Source of the DNA: Syntrophomonadaceae bacterium
GTDB taxonomy: Bacteria; Bacillota; Dethiobacteria; DTU022; PWGO01
DNA: 54,386 nt
NCBI GenBank assembly: GCA_003550565.1
Contig: PUKQ01000053.1
Coordinates: forward strand, 1 to 54,386
Direction: 5' to 3'
In this document: positions 33,449-41,287 of the stretch, piece by piece
Layout of the letters: each line of letters starts with the position of its first letter
Position numbering within the stretch: the stretch's first letter is position 1
Made by a program: the position numbers and the translations under genes
Notes under the pieces: generated by a model
Told to the model about the DNA's origin: nothing
What the model saw: the letters and a program-made list of their open reading frames with translations, nothing else
Databases searched by the model: none

Positions 33449-34429
33449 TTGATCAGGTTTTCTGAACAAGGGGAGGAAAGAGTCATTTCGGGTCCTTTTT
33501 TAAAGCATTTAGCTCAGAAGTTAGAAAAACATACCGGGGTTGCCCGCAAACGTCCGGTGGGAGATCTTCTTAAAATTTTGCACCGGGGGAAGAGTTCAAA
33601 ACTTCCTGTGGACGACTGTGGGGTAATTCTTGATGATGGAGGTTACCTGCTTTTTACAGCAGATTCCCTGCAGGATTGGCTGTTGGAAGACCCTTACTTT
33701 GCGGGTTTTTGTGGGGTTAATGTCGTAGTGAACGATATTTATGCCATGGGTGGCGTGCCCCGGGCAGTGGTTGATTCTATTTATATGATTGAAGGCGAAA
33801 AAACATGGTTGCGCCTTCTGGGAGAAGGTATGCGAGATGCCTGTGAAAAATTCAACGTGGTTATGTCCGGAGGGCATCTGGATCCGGATGCCGGTTTTCG
33901 GGCGCTCAGTGTAAGCGGTATCGGTAAAGCAGAGCGGGTAATGTCTACCTTTGATGCCGAACCAGGAGATGCCGTGATGTTTGCCTTTGATTTAAACGGG
34001 AAATTGAGGGGCTCTTTTCCCATTTGGGATTCTTCTACCGGCACGGAAGAAGGAATTCTGCGGCGCAAATACCTGGAACTGGTGAAAATTGCTGAAGAGG
34101 GCCTGGCTACAGCTTGTCGAGATATAAGTAATGCCGGCTGTATCGGCACTCTGGGTATGATGATGGAGGCTTCTCAGACTGCTGCCTGGCTGGATTTAGC
34201 TGCTATTCCTGTTCCGAATAATTTATCCCTGGAAGAATGGATTTTTACTTATCCCAGTTATGGTTTCATTTTGACCGTACCGCTTGCTTTTGCTTCTTCC
34301 GTTGAAAATTCTTTTCGCCGGCAGGGTATTGCTGCGGTTCAGGTGGGCCGGGTGGTGGAAGGAAGGGGTGTTACCTTGGTGTGGCAGGGTGAGTCGGTGG
34401 AAACTTATAGTTCCGGTATTATTTTTTAG
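33449..34429 (+). CDS. AIR-synthase-related protein (PurM/ThiL/HypE superfamily; sll0787-like?)
   Basis: 326 aa. VDDCGVILDDGGYLLFTADSL..VVNDIYAMGGVP..MSGGHL is the N-domain pattern of the PurM-like superfamily. TTG start. Confidence 0.65.
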   Translation: MIRFSEQGEERVISGPFLKHLAQKLEKHTGVARKRPVGDLLKILHRGKSSKLPVDDCGVILDDGGYLLFTADSLQDWLLEDPYFAGFCGVNVVVNDIYAMGGVPRAVVDSIYMIEGEKTWLRLLGEGMRDACEKFNVVMSGGHLDPDAGFRALSVSGIGKAERVMSTFDAEPGDAVMFAFDLNGKLRGSFPIWDSSTGTEEGILRRKYLELVKIAEEGLATACRDISNAGCIGTLGMMMEASQTAAWLDLAAIPVPNNLSLEEWIFTYPSYGFILTVPLAFASSVENSFRRQGIAAVQVGRVVEGRGVTLVWQGESVETYSSGIIF

Positions 34430-34463
34430 TATGTTTTAAATTGTGATTAAGGGGGGGGAAGCC

Positions 34464-35648
34464 ATGGTGGGATTTGAGTTGAATGAGGAACAAAAGGCGC
34501 TTTGCCAAACCGTACATGATTTTGCTGAAAATGAAATAAGGCCGATAGCAGCTGAGATTGATCGCAGCATGAGTGATGAATTTCCCATAGAAGTAGTCCG
34601 TGAGGCCGCAAAACTGGGTTTTACCACGTTAATAATTCCCGAAAAGTATGGAGGTGGTGGCTTAGGTGATTTAGAGTTAGTCCTCTTGTGTGAAGAATTG
34701 GCCTGGGGAGATGCCGGTTTGGCTTCTACTATTGGAGGTTCCAACGGCCTGGGTGTTAAACCTATACTATTTGCCGGCACAGAGGCCCAGAAAGAAAAAT
34801 GGTTGGGTATGATCTGTGAAAGGGCCGAAGAACCTTTTTTAACTGCTTTTTGTGCTACGGAAGCGAGCGGTGGTTCGGACGTGATTTCAGAGGACCCGCG
34901 GGCAGGCATTCAAACTCTGGCTCAAAAAGACGGCTCGGATTACGTATTAAACGGAACCAAAACATTTGTCACCAATGGCGGTGTAGCCGGTCTATATGTT
35001 GTTTTTGCCAAGACCGATATTAATAAAGGCGCGTCTGCCGGGCTTAGCTGTTTTATCGTGCCGGCTGATACACCGGGAGTTTCTGTCGGGGAGCGTTTTG
35101 ATAAAATGGGACAGCGATTAAGCCCCACAACTGAACTCATCCTGGATAATGTTCGCGTTCCCGCAGATAATTTGCTGGGGGAAGAGGGAGATGGCATATA
35201 TATTGCTATTAATTTTCTTACCGGTGGAGGTTCGGCAGTGGGGGCTTTTGCGGTGGGTTTGGCCCGGGCAGCATATGAAGAGGCCCGCAAATACGCCCTG
35301 GAGAGAGTGCAGGGTGGAGTGCCTATTATTGAACATCAGGCTATTGGTTTTAAGTTGGCGGATATGTGCATGCAGATTGAAGCTGCCAGGCTCTTGACCT
35401 GGAAATCTGCCTGGGCCAACCAGGTAGATCCGGACAGCCGGATTGCAGCCATGACGAAAGTTTACTGTTCTGAAATGGTTCAGAAGGTTACCTATGATGC
35501 CGTGCAAATTTTTGGGGGTTACGGTTATATGAGGGATTATCCTGTGGAAAAGTACATGCGTGATGCCCGGCTTTTGCCCCTCTATGACCTTACTAACGAA
35601 TTATTGCGGGCTTTGAGTATCGTGCCTTTTATTGCCATGAAACCTTAA
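34464..35648 (+). CDS. acyl-CoA dehydrogenase
   Basis: Typical ACAD layout (LNEEQKAL.., CATEASGGSDV, FVTNGG, QIFGGYGYMRDYPVEKYMRDAR). The position of the YEGT catalytic Glu reads YDLT. The ORF is open from 34443, but the ATG at 34464 follows GGGGGGGAAG. Confidence 0.88.
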   Translation: MVGFELNEEQKALCQTVHDFAENEIRPIAAEIDRSMSDEFPIEVVREAAKLGFTTLIIPEKYGGGGLGDLELVLLCEELAWGDAGLASTIGGSNGLGVKPILFAGTEAQKEKWLGMICERAEEPFLTAFCATEASGGSDVISEDPRAGIQTLAQKDGSDYVLNGTKTFVTNGGVAGLYVVFAKTDINKGASAGLSCFIVPADTPGVSVGERFDKMGQRLSPTTELILDNVRVPADNLLGEEGDGIYIAINFLTGGGSAVGAFAVGLARAAYEEARKYALERVQGGVPIIEHQAIGFKLADMCMQIEAARLLTWKSAWANQVDPDSRIAAMTKVYCSEMVQKVTYDAVQIFGGYGYMRDYPVEKYMRDARLLPLYDLTNELLRALSIVPFIAMKP

Positions 35649-35705
35649 AAAAACAATAAGGAAGCATGAAGAGGGTTCTTTTGCTTCTTAGATAGAAAGG
35701 TGGGA

Positions 35706-36464
35706 ATGATTTTGAAGTTAGAAGGAAAAGTTGCCATGGTAACCGGTGCCGGCTCGGGTATAGGACGGGAGATATGCTGCCTTTTTTGTAAGGAAGGAGC
35801 TCACCTGGCTGCCCTTGATATTAACCGGGAAGGCCTGCAGGAGACTGTTAAAATTAGTGGAGGCGAAGAAAAAGACATATTGTCCCTGCAAGTGGATGTT
35901 ACTGATGTTCCGGAAGTAAAGGAGTCCGTGCAAAAAGTAGTGGAGAGGTTCGGTCACATAGATATCCTGGTCAACTGTGCCGGCATACAGCAATCAATAC
36001 CCTTAGGTTCTGTAACGGAAGAAGACTGGTATCGTACTGTGGATATAAACCTGAAGGGGACTTTTTTCGTTATCCAGCAGGTTTTTAAAGTTATGCGCCC
36101 TAAGCGCTATGGAAAAATAATAAGCCTTTCTTCTCTTTCGGAATCAAAGGGAGGATCGGCTCTAATGTCTGTATACTCGGCCTCCAAAGGAGGCATAGCT
36201 GCCCTTACCCGAGCTCTGGCTGTGGAGATGGGTGGTTCTAATATTAATATTAATGCTATTTGCCCGGGCTTTATTAATACGCCCATGACGGAGGGAGTTC
36301 TTGAAATCGAGGAGTTTAAAGAAATTGCCCTTGATCAAACTCCACTGGGGAAAATAGGTGAACCGGGTGATGTGGCTAAACTGGCATTGTTTCTCGCCTC
36401 TGATGATGCCTCCTTTATTACAGGCCAGGCAATTTTTGTAGATGGCGGGATGTCAATTGCTTAA
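35706..36464 (+). CDS. short-chain dehydrogenase/reductase (3-hydroxyacyl-CoA / 3-oxoacyl reductase type)
   Basis: TGAGSGIG cofactor motif, NCAG, catalytic S..YSASK, PGFINTPM. The ORF is open from 35700. Confidence 0.9.
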   Translation: MILKLEGKVAMVTGAGSGIGREICCLFCKEGAHLAALDINREGLQETVKISGGEEKDILSLQVDVTDVPEVKESVQKVVERFGHIDILVNCAGIQQSIPLGSVTEEDWYRTVDINLKGTFFVIQQVFKVMRPKRYGKIISLSSLSESKGGSALMSVYSASKGGIAALTRALAVEMGGSNININAICPGFINTPMTEGVLEIEEFKEIALDQTPLGKIGEPGDVAKLALFLASDDASFITGQAIFVDGGMSIA

Positions 36465-36484
36465 AGAAAGGAAGTGTTCTTCTT

Positions 36485-36934
36485 TTGACTACTAAATTAA
36501 ATTGGGATGGAGGCAAACTGGTTAATCCGGATTTTTTTCTCACCGGTGAAGATGGATCCGTGAGTTTGCGCGGAGGTGTTTGTGCTACCTGCAATAAGTA
36601 TTTCTTCCCTTATAAAGAGGTTTGCACAGTTTGTTTTCAAAAAACGGTAAAGGAAACTCCTTTATCTGGCAGAGGAAAGCTGGTTTCCTGGAGTGTTGCC
36701 AGTCAGCCTTCTATTATGGGGTTGGAATCACCGTATTGCTTTGGGTATATAGATCTGGAAGAGGGGGTGCGTATATATTCACTCCTGGAGGTAAAAGATA
36801 ATAATTTCGAAGTTCTTTACAAGGGAAAGGAATTGCAAATGACCATGGGTTTTTTGTACCAAAACATAACCGGAGAAGATATCTATACGTATAAATTTAC
36901 CCCGGTAGAAACAATAAACGGAGGAGGTGATTAA
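36485..36934 (+). CDS. DUF35 Zn-ribbon/OB-fold protein (thiolase partner, BbsA-like)
   Basis: 149 aa. The rubredoxin-like CATCNKYFFPYKEVCTVCF followed by an OB-fold region is typical of DUF35 proteins encoded next to SCP-x-type thiolases. Confidence 0.8.
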   Translation: MTTKLNWDGGKLVNPDFFLTGEDGSVSLRGGVCATCNKYFFPYKEVCTVCFQKTVKETPLSGRGKLVSWSVASQPSIMGLESPYCFGYIDLEEGVRIYSLLEVKDNNFEVLYKGKELQMTMGFLYQNITGEDIYTYKFTPVETINGGGD

Positions 36935-38102
36935 ATTGCGTAAAGTAGCGATAGTAGGAACAGGATTGGTTAAATTTGGCAATTATCCGGAAAGAGGAAT
37001 AAGAAAAATGGCGGAAGAAGTGCTTTTTGAAGCCTTAACCGATGCGGGTGCCCGACCTGAAGATATTCAGGTGGCTTATTGTGGTACTAACGGTTTTTCC
37101 AGTGATACTCCTGACATGCAAGGTCCCATTTCTTTTTCTCAAGTAGGCATAGCCGGCATCCCTATATTGCAATTAAAAAATGGCTGTGCATCCGGTTCTA
37201 ACGCATTCCGCGAAGCATGGATTTCTTTACAAAGCGGTTTATATGATGTAGCGCTGGTGCTGGGAATTGAAAAATTAAGCGCCCCTACTATGGAAATGAT
37301 TAAATTAGCGGCCAGCATGGGAGGTGGCGATGGAGAATTGGAAGGTTCCATGGGGTTTTTCCCACCGGGAATTTTTGCCATGTTTGCCCGTCATTATATG
37401 GATGATCTGGGGGTTACAAGGGAACAATTGGCAAAGGTCTCTGTGAAAAACCACTTCCATGCCACCTTAAATCCATATGCGCACTATCCTAAAAATGTAA
37501 CGGTAGAAGAAGTTCTTTCTTCCCGCCCGGTAACGTCACCGTTGAATACTTTGGATTGTTGTCCCATAGACGACGGTGCTGCTGCAGCAGTGTTGGTATC
37601 TGAGGATGTGTTGTCCAAGTTTAAACAGCGGCCTGTTTGGGTGGTCGGTTCTGCTCAAACCTCGGGAACTTATCCGGAGGAAGGCAATATTGGCGATACC
37701 GATACCACTCGCCGGGCAGTTGCCATAGCTTATGAAATGTCCGGAGTGGGGCCGACCGACATAGATGTTGCCGAAGTGCATGATTGTTTTACTCCGGCAG
37801 AACTCATGCATTACCGGGATCTGGGGTTCTGCAAGGACATACAGGAAGCTGCTTATTGGCTGGAAAAAGGCTACACGTATCTTGGCGGAAAGATACCGGT
37901 TAACACCAGCGGTGGATTGCTGGCAAAAGGACATCCACTGGGAGCTACGGGGGTGGCTCAAATATGTGAAATAGTGCAGCAACTGCGAGGCGAAGCAGGA
38001 GAAAGGCAGGTAGATAATGCCAGGGTAGGGCTAACGCACAACGGAGGAGGATTCAGGCAGGGTGATGTGGGTTCTGTTTGTGTCCACATTCTGCAAAAAT
38101 AA
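36927..38102 (+). CDS. thiolase-like protein, SCP-x / lipid-transfer (BbsB-like) type
   Basis: 391 aa. VAIVGTG.., active-site region NGCASGSNAF, C-terminal EVHDCF..NTSGGLLAKGHPLGATG. TTG 36936 behind GGAGGAGG is the likelier start. Confidence 0.85.
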   Translation: MIKLRKVAIVGTGLVKFGNYPERGIRKMAEEVLFEALTDAGARPEDIQVAYCGTNGFSSDTPDMQGPISFSQVGIAGIPILQLKNGCASGSNAFREAWISLQSGLYDVALVLGIEKLSAPTMEMIKLAASMGGGDGELEGSMGFFPPGIFAMFARHYMDDLGVTREQLAKVSVKNHFHATLNPYAHYPKNVTVEEVLSSRPVTSPLNTLDCCPIDDGAAAAVLVSEDVLSKFKQRPVWVVGSAQTSGTYPEEGNIGDTDTTRRAVAIAYEMSGVGPTDIDVAEVHDCFTPAELMHYRDLGFCKDIQEAAYWLEKGYTYLGGKIPVNTSGGLLAKGHPLGATGVAQICEIVQQLRGEAGERQVDNARVGLTHNGGGFRQGDVGSVCVHILQK

Positions 38103-38161
38103 AAAACAAAATAATCGTTTATTTTTTAGCAGCTATAAATGAGAAAGGGGAGTGGATTTTT

Positions 38162-38518
38162 ATGCCTTTTGCAGTGGAACCGTTGAAGTGTAATGGTTGT
38201 TCCCTGTGTGAAGTGGCCTGTAGTTATCATCGGGATGAGGCTTTCAGCTTGCTTTCCTCTTCCATTATGGTCTATCGGGCTGAAGAAAAGAAGAATTATT
38301 TCGGATTGATCATCAAATTTGAAGACACCCTACTACTTGGTCGCCCTGAGGGCGCAGAAGAAGTTGGCATGGCGGAAATGCAAAGTCAGGGAGGGGGCGC
38401 GTCTGCCAAGCCCATAATGATTCGGGAGGCTTGTGATGGCTGTGAAGATCTCGATGGGCCTTTGTGCGTTGCTTATTGCCCCACCGGCGCTTTGAGTAGA
38501 AGGGAGGCTGAAGTGTAA
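38162..38518 (+). CDS. small ferredoxin-like Fe-S protein
   Basis: 118 aa counted from the ATG behind AAAGGGGAG. CNGCSLCEVAC and CDGCEDLDGPLCVAYCP motifs. The ORF track extends it to 38078 without SD support. Confidence 0.7.
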   Translation: MPFAVEPLKCNGCSLCEVACSYHRDEAFSLLSSSIMVYRAEEKKNYFGLIIKFEDTLLLGRPEGAEEVGMAEMQSQGGGASAKPIMIREACDGCEDLDGPLCVAYCPTGALSRREAEV

Positions 38519-39855
38519 TGGATTTTTTGTTTTCCGGCAACCTGCTGGTGGTGGACCTGCAAAAAAAGGAGATAGAAGAAGAAGTTCTTTCCGAGGAATT
38601 TATTTCTCGATATATTGGAGGCGCCCGCGCTAATCTTGCTCTATACGAAAAATACCGGGAAGAAGACCCCATAGTTTTTGGAAGTGGTTTTTTCACCGGA
38701 ACACCCGTGCCGGCCTCCTGCCTGGGGGTAGTAACCGGAAAGAGCCCTCGCACAGGGAAGGTAGGACACAGCCCATTTAATTTATATGCGGGGATGGAAT
38801 TAAAACTTTCGGGTTTTGATTTCATTGTAGTAAAAGGTGTGGCAGCAGAACCGCTTTACCTCTGGGTGCATGATGGGTTGGCTGATCTCCTTGATGCCTC
38901 TGAATTATGGAAAATGGATACCTGGGCACTTACGGACGAATTGCGCAATATCATCGGAGAAGAGATGGTCCAGGTATTGGGTATCGGAGAAGCCGGGATG
39001 AAAGGGTCGCCTGCTGCCCAGATAAACATTAACTACTGGGCCAGCCCCGACCAATTTGGTTTCGGGGCAAAAATGGGAGAAAAGAACTTAAAGGCGCTGG
39101 CCCTTCGGGGGTTAAATATGCTGGATGCCGCTGATCCTCCCGAATTTAATGACCGCTGCCTGGAACTTCATAACCGGATCAAGGGAAGTAAAGTTTTACC
39201 CGGAAAGGGGTTTGCTTCTTTTTCAACACTTTTAGGCGGTGAGGATATCTCCGGTTGGTTGTCCCAGTTGTTACACCGCCACAGTGGCTGTTTTGCCTGC
39301 CACATGAGTTGTAATACCTTTGTCAAGTATAATGAATCCCCCACGGAGATGCGTTCTACAGAAGTCACGGAACCGGGAATACTATTTACGGGTTTATCTT
39401 ATTTGCAGAAGCTTAAAAAGGGAGGATTTACTATAGAAGAATGCGGCCGGATCCTGGAGCAAGTTTCTCGGCTGGGTCTTGATCCGGATGTAGCTGCTGA
39501 TGCCCTTGTGGGTGAGGGGGTTTCCGATTCAAAAGGGGCAAAAAAGGTTTTACAGGAATTAATTTCAGCCGGGGAAGTTAAGTCAGGGGGGTGGATGTCG
39601 GAAGAGGCTGCAGAAGCAAATGACCAAAATATTTTTAGCTCATGGCCTCCCTTTAAAGCAATTGGTGAGGGGATAGAGAAAGAATGGATGCAAATAAACG
39701 CACTGGCCTATACTTGCGGTATTTGCCCTGTTTTTATGTTGACGGTGCCTTTTGTAGATGCCGCGGCGCTCGCCCATTTAATGGAGCCGGGCGCGGAAAT
39801 GGAAATGACCGGTGAAGCTTTGTTAGAAATCACGCAAGAAATCTTAGACCATTAG
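38518..39855 (+). CDS. shortened AOR-family protein (AOR N-domain plus reduced cofactor domains)
   Basis: 445 aa, against 611 for the upstream AOR. Clear AOR N-terminal domain (YIGGARANLALY..DP.VFGSGFFTGTPVP..GKSPRTG..FDFIVVKG..LYLWV). Keeps CFACHMSC (CxxCxxxC) and LGLD. About 165 aa are missing. Confidence 0.7.
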   Translation: MDFLFSGNLLVVDLQKKEIEEEVLSEEFISRYIGGARANLALYEKYREEDPIVFGSGFFTGTPVPASCLGVVTGKSPRTGKVGHSPFNLYAGMELKLSGFDFIVVKGVAAEPLYLWVHDGLADLLDASELWKMDTWALTDELRNIIGEEMVQVLGIGEAGMKGSPAAQININYWASPDQFGFGAKMGEKNLKALALRGLNMLDAADPPEFNDRCLELHNRIKGSKVLPGKGFASFSTLLGGEDISGWLSQLLHRHSGCFACHMSCNTFVKYNESPTEMRSTEVTEPGILFTGLSYLQKLKKGGFTIEECGRILEQVSRLGLDPDVAADALVGEGVSDSKGAKKVLQELISAGEVKSGGWMSEEAAEANDQNIFSSWPPFKAIGEGIEKEWMQINALAYTCGICPVFMLTVPFVDAAALAHLMEPGAEMEMTGEALLEITQEILDH

Positions 39856-40005
39856 CAAAAAAAACCTGGTGAAGCGCATTAAGATGTAAGTGACTTAGGG
39901 ATAAAAAAATAAGGGCATTGCCTGACAGGTCAAATTGCCCCTGGTTCATTTCAATTATGGGTAATATGTATGATTTTGTATTTACTTTGCAGGAAGGTGA
40001 AGGGT

Positions 40006-41256
40006 TTGGAATCTGAAGAAATAACGGCGGGGATTTATACAGGGGAAGGCGCCTCTCACTCATGGACATGGTTTGTAGAAGTCCTGGACCCAATGGAAGG
40101 CGTAAAAAAAGTTTATTTGGATGAAGCTGATGTTAGCCATGAATCCCTGGCAAAATTGGATATATTCCTCATGGGGGGCGGGGATGTATATGGTATGGCT
40201 TTAGCATTGGGGAAAAAAGGCGCGCATGCCCTGGAAAATTTCGTGGAGAACGGTGGAATATTTCTGGGTTCCTGCGCTGGGGCTTACCTGGTAATGAGCG
40301 GGGTTAATTTGCCGCCCTATGATCCTTTTTGCTTGATTGATGCCGGCATGGTAAATTACGCCATTTCTCCGCCAATTTTACCGGGAATTTTGCCTAAGTA
40401 TTTGGTGCCTTACGGAAAAGGGTATGTTTTCTATCCCGCATATGGCCCCGTGGAGTTGGAAATGATAGGAAAGCCACTTTTGTCGAACAGGGAAAAAATG
40501 GTGGCCCCCCTTTATGGCGGTCCGGTTATTGATCCCGGGGAAGGCGCGCAGCCATTGGGATATTATGGAGGTAGGCAAAAAGGGTGTATAGCTCTGGCAG
40601 ATGAGGCCTATCTGGAGGAAACTTTTAACGGTGGCTGTGCCGCGGCCTGGGCCCAAAAAGGCGAAGGAAAAGTGTTTTTGTTTGGTCCCCACCTTGAATG
40701 TCCGGGTTTTCCGGGTGGAAATGATGCAATTAGAAAGGTGGTAGGATTGGCAAAAGGGGAGCGGATGAATTTAACAGCAAGCGAAGGTTTAATGCCCACT
40801 AAAGAAGAAAAAAGGGAAAATAGGCGAGGCAGATCTTCATGTGTGGGCTTAAAATCCCATCGTTATTATAAATTTAACAGTGAACGGAAAAAAAAACAGT
40901 TGCAGTCTATAAAAAGAGAATTGTCTAATGCCCGTATTGTAGCCTTTGGTTTGGAAAAGATGCCGGTGAGCTGGAATGTGGGTACCAAGGTGTGGGAGCC
41001 GGAAAAAATCCGCTTGTTTGTGGAATTTTGCTGGTGTCGTATTGAGCGTTTGGAAAAGGCGGTTGCTGCTGAAAAAGGAAATGGCACGGAGGAAGAGGAA
41101 TTAGAAAAGTTGGTGGAAAGCGTTGTCCGCACGAGAGAAATGATCCGGGACCTAAAAAAAAGACTTGATCAAGGGACGGAAACTACGGATTTGGCCATGC
41201 ATTTATTCCGCCACTTGAAACGCCAGACGGTAATGCTTTTGGAAACAAGCGGTTGA
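40006..41256 (+). CDS. class-I glutamine-amidotransferase-like (BPL_N-type) domain protein with an unknown basic/helical C-terminal half
   Basis: GIYTGEGASH..FLMGGGD..GGIFLGSCAGAYL resembles the GATase1-like nucleophile elbow. The start is uncertain: TTG 40006 behind AGGAAGG, against ATG 39970 with no SD. Confidence 0.5.
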   Translation: MESEEITAGIYTGEGASHSWTWFVEVLDPMEGVKKVYLDEADVSHESLAKLDIFLMGGGDVYGMALALGKKGAHALENFVENGGIFLGSCAGAYLVMSGVNLPPYDPFCLIDAGMVNYAISPPILPGILPKYLVPYGKGYVFYPAYGPVELEMIGKPLLSNREKMVAPLYGGPVIDPGEGAQPLGYYGGRQKGCIALADEAYLEETFNGGCAAAWAQKGEGKVFLFGPHLECPGFPGGNDAIRKVVGLAKGERMNLTASEGLMPTKEEKRENRRGRSSCVGLKSHRYYKFNSERKKKQLQSIKRELSNARIVAFGLEKMPVSWNVGTKVWEPEKIRLFVEFCWCRIERLEKAVAAEKGNGTEEEELEKLVESVVRTREMIRDLKKRLDQGTETTDLAMHLFRHLKRQTVMLLETSG

Positions 41257-41287
41257 GCATAGGATATGAATGTGAGGTGAATAAAAA

